From Candidatus Woesearchaeota archaeon CG1_02_57_44 (GTDB taxonomy: Archaea > Nanobdellota > Nanobdellia > Woesearchaeales > CG1-02-57-44), in assembly GCA_001871415.1 (NCBI GenBank), contig MNWW01000006.1, positions 1 to 55,134 of the forward strand: DNA of 55,134 bases, in the 5' to 3' direction. The notes beneath the pieces are model-generated. The model was given only the letters and a program-made list of their open reading frames with translations. It ran no database searches and was not told where the DNA came from. Of the stretch, positions 43,369 through 51,270 are shown piece after piece (position 1 is the stretch's first letter; every line of letters starts with the position of its first letter). Made by a program: the position numbers and the translations under genes.

Positions 43369-43557
43369 CTACTTCATCTCAGTATAGCCACACTTACCGC
43401 AGGACATGCGGTTGCTGTGCGTGGCCATGAAGATTGCAGGCCCGCACTTCGGGCAGGAGCGCGGCTTGGTCACCTTGCCGCCTTCCACTTTGTAGACCTT
43501 ATACGCAGAGTAGGATGATTTCTTCTTCTTTGGAGCAGCTTTCTTGTCTTGTGCCAT
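43369..43557 (-). CDS. rps27ae: 30S ribosomal protein eS31 (S27ae)
   Basis: C4 zinc ribbon CPKCG...CGKCGY. Conserved position after eS24. Confidence 0.85.
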   Translation of the reverse strand: MAQDKKAAPKKKKSSYSAYKVYKVEGGKVTKPRSCPKCGPAIFMATHSNRMSCGKCGYTEMK

Positions 43558-43562
43558 GGCAA

Positions 43563-44009
43563 TCACTCGTTCTTGGACTCAGTTTCTGGTTTGGCCTCGT
43601 CGGCCTTCTTTGCTTCAGGAGCAGGCTTCGCTTCAGGAGCGGGTTTGCTGTCAGCTTTCTTTTCTTCAGCAGGTTTCTGGTCAGCTGCTTTCTCTTCCTT
43701 GGATTCAGCAGGCTTTTTCTCGGACTTCGCGTCCTCGAGCGCTATACCATTGCGCTTGAGCATATGCATAGGCTCCGCGATTCGCATTGCCTTCAGGTCA
43801 GGATATGCGCGACCCTGTACCGCAAGGTACGGCTGACCGTATTGCTTCTCGATGCTGATCACGAGCACATGCTTTTCCTTGGACTCTTTTATCAGATGCT
43901 CGCGCACGTCCTTTCGCTTTGGAAAAACACCAGTAAACGAGAGTATCGCCTTTATGTCCTTTCGGCCATACAGAGCATTATCCTTAACATCAATAGATTG
44001 CGTATTCAT
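43563..44009 (-). CDS. rps24e: 30S ribosomal protein eS24 with a K/E/A/P-rich C-terminal extension of about 48 aa
   Basis: N-terminal 100 aa fit S24e (NALYGRKDIKAILSF...PKRKDVREHL...AYPDLKAM). Tail KKPAESKEEKAADQKPAEEKKADSKPAPEAKPAPEAKKADEAKPETESKNE. Confidence 0.8.
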   Translation of the reverse strand: MNTQSIDVKDNALYGRKDIKAILSFTGVFPKRKDVREHLIKESKEKHVLVISIEKQYGQPYLAVQGRAYPDLKAMRIAEPMHMLKRNGIALEDAKSEKKPAESKEEKAADQKPAEEKKADSKPAPEAKPAPEAKKADEAKPETESKNE

Positions 44010-44011
44010 GT

Positions 44012-44194
44012 CTAGCGCACCTTTATCGCATATTCGCCCCTCTTCTCAAATCCCATCTCCTTGGCGATGCGGGACTTGTCAGGATCGACGACAAACACGC
44101 GACCCTGCCAATTGGAGCTGTACTCAGAAGTATTAGTATCGACCTTCTCCTTGTCGACAAACATCTTGGTTTTCTTGTTGACGAATCGTGCCAT
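44012..44194 (-). CDS. spt4: Transcription elongation factor Spt4 (RpoE'') homologue lacking all four zinc-ligand cysteines
   Basis: 60 aa. The C-terminal NGN-binding half WQGRVFVVDPDKSRIAKEMGFEKRGEYAIKV is typical of Spt4. Conserved position between rpo7 and rps24e. No Cys in the whole protein. Confidence 0.7.
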   Translation of the reverse strand: MARFVNKKTKMFVDKEKVDTNTSEYSSNWQGRVFVVDPDKSRIAKEMGFEKRGEYAIKVR

Positions 44195-44203
44195 GGTGAG
44201 ACC

Positions 44204-44755
44204 TTACTTTTCTTTTTCCTTCTGCCCTTCTTCCTCAACCCAGTCCAGGCGGCCCAGGCCAGGCTGACGCATGGTAAGACCAAACTTCGGGTTGGTGATA
44301 TCCTTGTAGGAGATCGCGATAATCCTTGCCATGCACTGATCGCCCACTTTCAGGGACTTCTTGGATTCCTTGCCGCTGAGAACCTTTTCCTTGGCAAAAC
44401 TGACATAGTCATCCATGGTCTGACTGATGTGGATCATACCATCAATAGGACCAATGGTCATGAACGCGCCAAAGTCAGCGATATCACGGATGGTGCCAAA
44501 GACCAACTCTTTCATCTCTGGCTTGAAGGAAACAACATCAAAGGTAGTCTCATAGTAAGCCGCCCCATCGCCTGGGATGATGATACCCTGACCGATGTCG
44601 CCGACAGCTAAAACGTCAATAACAATACCCAGTTCCTCGGAAATCAGCCCCTCAAACTTCCTCTTGAGCTCCTTGAGGATGGCCTCAGATAAATCGTACT
44701 TGAACATATCTGGAGGCACCCGAACATGCTCTTTCAGCTGGATTTTGTAGAACAT
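44204..44755 (-). CDS. rpoE: DNA-directed RNA polymerase subunit Rpo7 (E')
   Basis: MFYKIQLKEHVRVPPDMF N-terminal domain plus a C-terminal S1 fold (VFGTIRDIADFGAFMTIGPIDGMIHISQ). Confidence 0.9.
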   Translation of the reverse strand: MFYKIQLKEHVRVPPDMFKYDLSEAILKELKRKFEGLISEELGIVIDVLAVGDIGQGIIIPGDGAAYYETTFDVVSFKPEMKELVFGTIRDIADFGAFMTIGPIDGMIHISQTMDDYVSFAKEKVLSGKESKKSLKVGDQCMARIIAISYKDITNPKFGLTMRQPGLGRLDWVEEEGQKEKEK

Positions 44756-44851
44756 TGATAGTCTGGAAATGGCAGTCCCTTTAAAAGGTTTGCGGAGATG
44801 TGGTTCACGAGTGAGAATCGTCCCTGACCCCTTATATGGACCATTCAGTCG

Positions 44852-45247
44852 CTACAGGACTTCCAGAACCTGTTTCTTGCGCATGCAGACAGTCTTAATG
44901 CCCCTTGCCCGCGCGCGCCTGCGGAGCTCAGCGTCAGCGCTAGCGAGCAGCATGCTCCCGGAGCTGTCCGCTCCTTGCTCAGCTGCGACCTCGATAAGCG
45001 CGTCATCGACTCGTAGATTGGAACCTGCTTTGAGCAGCACCAGGCCTTTCGCTTTTGCCAGCTGCAGACCGAGCTTCGCGTTCTTGGCCTCACGGCTGTT
45101 GCCGGTCGCAAGGCCTTCCAGCTCCCGGATGCACGCGTCAAGCGTCACCTTCTCGCAAGGACCCAGCAGCTTGTCAAGCTGAGTGAAGATATCAAGGTTC
45201 ATACGACCAGGCAACATGAGGAAACTGGTGTCGATGAGCACGCGCAT
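44852..45247 (-). CDS. PIN-domain protein of the Fcf1/Utp24-like (COG1412) type
   Basis: MRVLIDTSFLM...DDALIEVA...LLASADAELRRRA acidic-residue pattern. Conserved archaeal linkage upstream of rpo7-spt4-rps24e-rps27ae. Confidence 0.7.
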   Translation of the reverse strand: MRVLIDTSFLMLPGRMNLDIFTQLDKLLGPCEKVTLDACIRELEGLATGNSREAKNAKLGLQLAKAKGLVLLKAGSNLRVDDALIEVAAEQGADSSGSMLLASADAELRRRARARGIKTVCMRKKQVLEVL

Positions 45248-45302
45248 AAGGGAATAGAAAGCGCGACGGGTTTAATTAGTTTGCCCGGACAAGCAAAAGG
45301 GC

Positions 45303-45908
45303 TCAGAAAATATCAGCAACCGAACCTTCCAGATATTGGGCAAGCCGTCCTAAAGCGCGATTCCTTGCACGTATCACGCTTCTATCGTTCATGCCATGAT
45401 TATGCACCATATCCACAAGCCTCGCGACTTCCTGGTTTGAATATCCATCAAGAACACTCGCCAGCACAATGGTCTGCTCTATCTCCGGCAGGTAGCCAAG
45501 CGCCTTCTGTATTGGCTCATGCACCTGCCCATCCAACCACTCGGTTTCAGCGCTACAGGAACCACACAGCAAATCCTGCAAACCTGCGGCCCCACCCTCT
45601 GATGAATCAAGCGAAACAACCTGAGCAGCATTCGCTCGTCTCCGGGCGCTCCTCTGCTCAGCCCATGCTATCTGATTGACACGCAGGGTGAGATATGTCT
45701 TGAACGTGGCATCCTTCCCAGGATCGTATTTCTCCAGAGCATCCATAAGCGCCCTATGCGCGATGTCCTCAGCGTCTGCGCATGGGTCAGCTATGTCCCA
45801 CCTGGCGGCACACGTCAAGGCGTATGGCATATACCGCATCATCAATGCATCAGCATACGGAGATTGCCAGTCTTCCCTGGCGCGTCTCACCAGTTCCGTT
45901 TCCGGCAT
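45303..45908 (-). CDS. Sigma-70 family, ECF-like sigma factor homologue (regions 2 and 4)
   Basis: Region 2: ADAEDIAHRALMDALEKYDPGKDATFKTYLTLRVNQIAWAEQRSARRR. Region 4 HTH: LPEIEQTIVLASVLDGYSNQEVARLV...NDRSVIRARNRALGRLAQYL. Alternative leaderless GTG start at 45938, 27 nt from an A/T box at 45961-45972. Confidence 0.7.
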   Translation of the reverse strand: MPETELVRRAREDWQSPYADALMMRYMPYALTCAARWDIADPCADAEDIAHRALMDALEKYDPGKDATFKTYLTLRVNQIAWAEQRSARRRANAAQVVSLDSSEGGAAGLQDLLCGSCSAETEWLDGQVHEPIQKALGYLPEIEQTIVLASVLDGYSNQEVARLVDMVHNHGMNDRSVIRARNRALGRLAQYLEGSVADIF

Positions 45909-46051
45909 CCCTGACCGTTCATCAATGGCAAAGACCACGAACACCGGATTTTGCCGTTGATATTTATATTTGCCTGCCCGCCATCGGCCCCGTGCGCAGG
46001 GTACAATCATCTTGCCATAATTATTTATACGCTGCCACACTGGCACCGTGC

Positions 46052-47383
46052 ATGGCGCAAGACCCCGCACTCTTGAAAATCCTCACTCGTGTCAAGCCCG
46101 ATGCGCAGGAGCAGACCCAGGTAAAGCAGGCAGTAATCCAAGCCAAGACCACACTCAAGTCGCTCCTGTCCAGACTAGATGCCAAACTCGTCCCCGGAGG
46201 CAGCATCGCCAAAGGCACGTGGCTCTCCGGCAACACTGACATCGACCTGTTTGTGCAGTTCCCTGCATCGTGGCGCGGCAGGGATATCGCGCAGGCGCTC
46301 GCAGGGGCTCTGGAGCAGGAACGTCAACACGGCGGCACACATAGCGCGGACAAGACGCTCCTGCGCGTGGAGCGCGTGCATGGCAGCCGCGATTATTTCC
46401 ATGTGCAGAAAGGCCGCAGGGTCATCGAGATCGTCCCGGTCCTGGCCATCGCTTCTGCCGCGCATGCGGAGAATGTCACGGACATCTCACCTCTGCACGT
46501 CGCATGGGTCAGATCCATGCTGACGCCGCGCATGCAGGACGAGGTGCGTCTCGCGAAGCAATTGTGCAAAGCGTCACGCACCTATGGCGCAGAATCCTAC
46601 ATACAAGGATTCTCCGGTTATGTGCTGGAGATACTCATCGCGCATCATAAGAGCCTTGCCGCCCTCGCAAAAGCGGCATCCGGCTGGAGCGAACGCACCT
46701 ATATCGATGTCGATGGACACTATGCTGACGAGCGCGCCGCGCGCAGAGCGCTGAACCGTGCTCGCATGGTATCGCCGCTGCTGCTCATCGACCCTGTGCA
46801 TCCTGAGCGAAACGCTGCCGCAGCGCTCAGCAAGCGTAACTACGCGCGCTTCAAGGAGCAGTGCCAGACGTTGACCCATGCGCTGGACAGGAGCGCCACG
46901 TCATCCCGCGCGCAGACCGATATCTCGCGATTGTTCCGGGAGCAGAAGAACAGCGTCGCCACACTCCGGAAGCGGGGCGGCTATCTCATCGCCTACGAGG
47001 CGACGCCACTTGAAGGAAAAGAAGATGTCATCGGCTGCAAGCTGCTCAAGGCGCAGGAGATCATCGGCGCAGAGATGAAGAATCATGGCTTTACGGTGCA
47101 GGATGCTGGCTGGGAATGGGACGGCAAAAGCAAAGCGCTGCTCTGGCATGTGCTCGAGAAACGCAAGATTCCTCTGACTTTTGTCAGGGTCGGACCTCCG
47201 GCTGCCAAGGAACCATACGCGTCTGCGTTCAGACACAAACATCCTGATGCCCGTATCGTCGACGGGAAACTGGAAGCGGATGTCAGGCGCGAATACACAG
47301 ACGCCAGCAAGCTGGCCAAGGCGCTCCTGACAGAAGAGCGCATAAGCGCACTGGTGAAGAAGATAGCGCTCATCGCGTCCTGA
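46052..47383 (+). CDS. cca: Archaeal class I CCA-adding enzyme (tRNA nucleotidyltransferase)
   Basis: GGSIAKGTWLSGNTDIDLFVQFP (GS...G-T-x-L-x4-DxD), then RLAKQLCKA. Start trimmed to MAQDPALL (46052), 26 nt downstream of TTATTTATAC. Confidence 0.85.
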   Translation: MAQDPALLKILTRVKPDAQEQTQVKQAVIQAKTTLKSLLSRLDAKLVPGGSIAKGTWLSGNTDIDLFVQFPASWRGRDIAQALAGALEQERQHGGTHSADKTLLRVERVHGSRDYFHVQKGRRVIEIVPVLAIASAAHAENVTDISPLHVAWVRSMLTPRMQDEVRLAKQLCKASRTYGAESYIQGFSGYVLEILIAHHKSLAALAKAASGWSERTYIDVDGHYADERAARRALNRARMVSPLLLIDPVHPERNAAAALSKRNYARFKEQCQTLTHALDRSATSSRAQTDISRLFREQKNSVATLRKRGGYLIAYEATPLEGKEDVIGCKLLKAQEIIGAEMKNHGFTVQDAGWEWDGKSKALLWHVLEKRKIPLTFVRVGPPAAKEPYASAFRHKHPDARIVDGKLEADVRREYTDASKLAKALLTEERISALVKKIALIAS

Positions 47384-47437
47384 TGGACGCGCGAGACCGT
47401 CAGGACGAGCAGGAGACATAGGAGATGATCCATCACC

Positions 47438-48250
47438 ATGCAGACCAACAACAAGACCAGCGATGATGCTCAGCGCCTGAGCCCTTCTGCGTATCTCGCC
47501 AAGGCGCTGCCCATCGTGCAGAAAGCGAACGCCATCTCTTTGCGGTACTTTCGCAAGGGATTCACGCAGGAAGAGAAAGGACCGGGCGACGTGGTCACGC
47601 AGGCAGACAAGGAGATAGAACGATTCCTGATAGAACAGCTGGGAGTACTGTTTCCTGGGACAGGATTCCTGGGAGAGGAATACGGCGCACAAGGCAGCCA
47701 GGACCTGGTCTGGGTCATGGACCCCATCGATGGCACAGCGAATTTCTCGCGCGGGCTGGAGTTCTACTGCACGTCGGTAGCGCTCGTAGAGAAGGGCGTC
47801 CCTATCGTTGGCATGGTCATCAATCCTGTCACGGGCGAATGCTTCAGCGCCGCAAAGGGGTGCGGTGCGAATCTCAATGATATGCCCATCAGGGTCAGCG
47901 ACGCGACCTTGCGAAAGTCGATGGTCGTGGATGGCCTTGGACTTTCGCTCCCACAACAGCGCGAGCGGCTCGCTCGCATAGGCAGGATAGCAGCCGAGAC
48001 CTGGCAGGTGCGCATCCTCGGGGCAATCGCATTGGAGATGGCCTATATCGCGGCAGGAAGACTGGATATCAGGGCGTGCTCGAACCAGAAGCCCTGGGAT
48101 GTCGCGGCCGGCGCCGTGCTGGTGCAGGAAGCTGGCGGCAAGGCGACCGACTTCGCGGGGAGCGACTGGCGCATGGGCGCAGAGGGCATCGTGGCGAGCA
48201 ATGGGACCGCGCATGACACGCTGCTCGGGCTCATACATAGAAAGGAATGA
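47438..48250 (+). CDS. Inositol monophosphatase / FBPase-family phosphatase (SuhB-like)
   Basis: FLGEE, WVMDPIDGTANF, and a WDVAAG block near the C-terminus. Confidence 0.85.
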   Translation: MQTNNKTSDDAQRLSPSAYLAKALPIVQKANAISLRYFRKGFTQEEKGPGDVVTQADKEIERFLIEQLGVLFPGTGFLGEEYGAQGSQDLVWVMDPIDGTANFSRGLEFYCTSVALVEKGVPIVGMVINPVTGECFSAAKGCGANLNDMPIRVSDATLRKSMVVDGLGLSLPQQRERLARIGRIAAETWQVRILGAIALEMAYIAAGRLDIRACSNQKPWDVAAGAVLVQEAGGKATDFAGSDWRMGAEGIVASNGTAHDTLLGLIHRKE

Positions 48251-48371
48251 ACCGCAGAGCGATCCAGGAAAGGTTGCTGAAAAGCTATAAGTAAACCTGA
48301 CAGACAGTCAACACCACACAGTAGTCATAAAATAGGAAAATTTAAATATAGTCTTTTTTTTTCGGGGCTCT

Positions 48372-49388
48372 ATGCCCGATTTGTTCCAATCTGTACCCCT
48401 TGTGGATTACAGTCGCATAGCATATACCGCCGACTTGCAGGACATCAGTTGGGTACCCACGGAAGGCGGCGATCTGGGAGCAGTGAGCGATTACTACAGG
48501 ACGTGCGCCACGGAACACAGAGAACCTGTCCTGTCCACAGCGAAAGCGCTTGCAGGCAATGACCTGACCCATCTGAGACAGACCACCCTGGCCAATGGCC
48601 TGGTTTTCCATACTGCCCATCGCGGCGATGGCCAACCCTGCTATAATGTCTGGGAATATCGAGGGATCCAGAGATCAAGTGGAAATCGCTGGCACAATGC
48701 TGATACCCCGGTCACTTATATCGATACACCGGATGAAAAACCAATAGTCATAACACCAACATGCATAACCGGAGTTGCGCTCCCGAACGGATTCATGTTG
48801 ACTGATGTAAGTGTAAGTAATGGATGCAACTTCGCCACGTGGGCCATAAGAAAATTTTCCGACGACGACTCTTCAACCATTGTCGGCTATCGTCTGAGCG
48901 CAAGCCCAAATGGAGAAAATGGTCTCACCTTCAGCTATCGCGTCAATACGACACACCCCGACGGCCCCTGCAAGTACACCCAGGTCGAGCTGACCGATAT
49001 GGACCCTACGTTGGTCTGCCGTGTGACCGAGGGCTATGATTCAAGCCTTCCCGCTTCACGCGCGTTCCTGCCCGACTCCAAAGAAGAAGCAGTCTTGACG
49101 TTCCTCGCCAACGGTGTCTTCGGAAGTGTGCATGGCGTAAGCCAAACAAACGCACGTAATCCTGACTGGACTGACGATACGCTCCAACGCCTGCTGAGGA
49201 GAGGCAGCAATGAGCAGTTCTCTTACACAGCAGATACCGCCGACGGAGCATTCCTGGCGAACGAAGTGTTCGGCATAGACGCGAGCAAGCATCCCCGGCT
49301 TAATGCCCAGGCCACCCTGACCACCCTCATGGACCTTGCCATCAGAGGAGAGCGCATGGACCTGAACAGGGACCTACAATTCCTGTAG
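48372..49388 (+). CDS. Hypothetical protein, no recognisable domain
   Basis: 338-aa ORF. TATA TTTAAATATA about 27 nt upstream. No signal peptide or TM. Somewhat lower GC by eye. Adjacent to MITE copy 2. Confidence 0.5.
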   Translation: MPDLFQSVPLVDYSRIAYTADLQDISWVPTEGGDLGAVSDYYRTCATEHREPVLSTAKALAGNDLTHLRQTTLANGLVFHTAHRGDGQPCYNVWEYRGIQRSSGNRWHNADTPVTYIDTPDEKPIVITPTCITGVALPNGFMLTDVSVSNGCNFATWAIRKFSDDDSSTIVGYRLSASPNGENGLTFSYRVNTTHPDGPCKYTQVELTDMDPTLVCRVTEGYDSSLPASRAFLPDSKEEAVLTFLANGVFGSVHGVSQTNARNPDWTDDTLQRLLRRGSNEQFSYTADTADGAFLANEVFGIDASKHPRLNAQATLTTLMDLAIRGERMDLNRDLQFL

Positions 49389-49458
49389 GATAAACAGCCT
49401 TGTTCGTTCTTGTTGACCACAACGCGATAAATATACCTAATGCTACTTAGTGCACCCA

Positions 49459-49621
49459 GGCTCTGTCCTAAGAGTCCAGCCAGCAGCAATTGCGAAGGCT
49501 GATGTGTTGGATTTTGCGCATTGACAGGGGGATGCCCCCTCCGGGGATGTCAATCCGTCACTGGTGAGAACACCGCCGAAGCCCGCTGCTGGCATAGTCA
49601 AACGAGATTCAGGACAGAGCC
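49459..49621. mobile_element. MITE-like element, copy 2 (inverted relative to copy 1)
   Basis: Same 11-bp termini. Flanked by the 9-bp direct repeat GTGCACCCA at 49450-49458 and 49622-49630. About 9 substitutions relative to copy 1. Confidence 0.85.
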
Positions 49622-49680
49622 GTGCACCCAGGAGACACCCAGTGGTTAGTTTTATATAGCCCTGCAGGTTGATGTCCTCT

Positions 49681-51099
49681 ATGCGCAACAAGCAGACCAA
49701 GGTCGTGGCGACTGTCTCAGACCAGCGCTGCGGCCCGGATTTCATCAAGCAGCTCCACGACAATGGCATGGATGTCGTGCGCCTGAACACCGCGCACCAG
49801 ACTCCTGAGACGTGTCTGCAAGTCATCAAGAACATCCGGGAAGCGTCTGACAAGATAGCCATCCTCATCGACACCAAAGGACCTGAAGTCAGGACGACCG
49901 CGGTCAATGCGCCCATTGAACTGAAACGGGGCCAGGACATCATCATCAGGGCATCAGAGAGCACGACCACGGCAGATGCCATCCATGTGAATTATTCCGG
50001 ATTCGTCAAGGACGTGCCTGACAGCAGCAGCATCCTCATGGACGATGGTGACCTGGAGCTAAAGGTCATCAGGAAGGCCAATGATGCCCTGCACTGCCGC
50101 GTCATGAACAAGGGCACACTCAAATCCCATAAGAGCGTCAATGTCCCTGGCATCCATCTTGATCTGCCATCGCTAACCAGACGCGACAAGGAGTTTTTGC
50201 AGCTTGCCATGGAGCAGGACATCGACTTCATCGCGCACAGCTTCGTGCGCAACGCCGACGACGTCAAGGCTATACAACAGTTCTGCAAGAAGAAACCCAT
50301 CAGGATCATCGCCAAGATAGAGAACACGCAAGGTGTGGAGAACCTTGATGAGATACTGGATTATTCCTATGGCGTCATGGTCGCACGAGGCGATCTTGGC
50401 GTCGAGATCCCCGCGGAGGAAGTGCCGCTCATCCAGAAGACCATCATCCGGCGCTGCATCCAGCGCGCGAAGCCGGTCATCACGGCGACGCAGATGCTGC
50501 AGAGCATGATAGAGAACCCACGGCCTACGCGCGCCGAGGTATCGGATGTCGCCAATGCCATCCTCGACGGAACAGACGCGCTCATGCTCAGCGCGGAGAC
50601 CGCGGCAGGCAAGTACCCTGTGGCAGCGGTGAGAATCATGGCGAAGGTCGCCAAACGCATCGAGTGCAGCAGGAACCTGGAGCACTTTGACCCCATCCAT
50701 GCGGAGTACAACCCGGTCAGCGAGTATATCGCCATGGCCGCGGTCGAGGCAGCGCAGGACCTGCTCGCGCAGGCAATCATCATCCCCACGCAGTCAGGCC
50801 TGTCAGCCAGAATGGTCTCTGCGTACCGAGGCAGGATACCTGTCTATGCGCAGTGCATGGACGAAGCTGTCATGCGCTCGCTCGCGCTCAGCCATGGCAT
50901 ACGTCCCAGCAAAATCCCGCCCGCCAGCACGACCGAAGAGATGGTGCGCAGCGCGCTCGCGCGGCTGGTCGAGGAAGGAAACCTGAAAGCGCATGACCGC
51001 GTCGTGGTCATGGCTGGGACGCCCGGCAAACCAGAAGGCAGCAACTTCATCGAGATAGATACGGTTAAGCATATCCTGGAAGACTATCGTAAGAAATAG
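49681..51099 (+). CDS. pyk: Pyruvate kinase
   Basis: TKVVATVSD, VVRLNTAH, IDTKGPEVRT, IAKIENTQGVENLDEI, MVARGDLGVEIP, MLSAETAAGKYP. ATG 49681 is 26-27 nt downstream of TTTTATATAG. Confidence 0.9.
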   Translation: MRNKQTKVVATVSDQRCGPDFIKQLHDNGMDVVRLNTAHQTPETCLQVIKNIREASDKIAILIDTKGPEVRTTAVNAPIELKRGQDIIIRASESTTTADAIHVNYSGFVKDVPDSSSILMDDGDLELKVIRKANDALHCRVMNKGTLKSHKSVNVPGIHLDLPSLTRRDKEFLQLAMEQDIDFIAHSFVRNADDVKAIQQFCKKKPIRIIAKIENTQGVENLDEILDYSYGVMVARGDLGVEIPAEEVPLIQKTIIRRCIQRAKPVITATQMLQSMIENPRPTRAEVSDVANAILDGTDALMLSAETAAGKYPVAAVRIMAKVAKRIECSRNLEHFDPIHAEYNPVSEYIAMAAVEAAQDLLAQAIIIPTQSGLSARMVSAYRGRIPVYAQCMDEAVMRSLALSHGIRPSKIPPASTTEEMVRSALARLVEEGNLKAHDRVVVMAGTPGKPEGSNFIEIDTVKHILEDYRKK

Positions 51100-51127
51100 G
51101 GATGCATTTGCCTGCATAGAGAAAAGC

Positions 51128-51135
51128 ATTTATAG
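51128..51135 (+). promoter_or_regulatory. TATA box upstream of the serA leader
   Basis: ATTTATAG matches the box type seen before acn, nrdR, trmB and cca. It is centred 27 nt upstream of ATG 51158. Confidence 0.45.
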
Positions 51136-51157
51136 TCCTGCCGCGCCCTTTGCTGCC

Positions 51158-51223
51158 ATGAGCGGAACATCGCATCCTATCGAGGTTTGTTTCTCCAGTC
51201 TCCGCCCTCTGTCGTCTTGTTAG
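51158..51223 (+). CDS. Candidate leaderless 21-codon Ser-rich upstream ORF (MSGTSHPIEVCFSSLRPLSSC)
   Basis: The ATG is at the position expected for a leaderless start. 6 of 21 codons are Ser, including two Ser-Ser pairs. The G of stop codon TAG is the first base of a 7-bp hairpin GGGGAGC/GCTCCCC (51223-51251). Confidence 0.3.
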   Translation: MSGTSHPIEVCFSSLRPLSSC

Positions 51224-51270
51224 GGGAGCAGTCGTCTCCGCAACGCTCCCCCAGCGCATAGGTGATGCCC

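Noticed and set aside
44852-45247. PIN-domain gene as the toxin of a toxin-antitoxin pair
   Set aside because: There is no adjacent small antitoxin gene. The sequence type and the conserved position upstream of rpo7-spt4-rps24e-rps27ae fit the housekeeping Fcf1/COG1412 rRNA-processing PIN.
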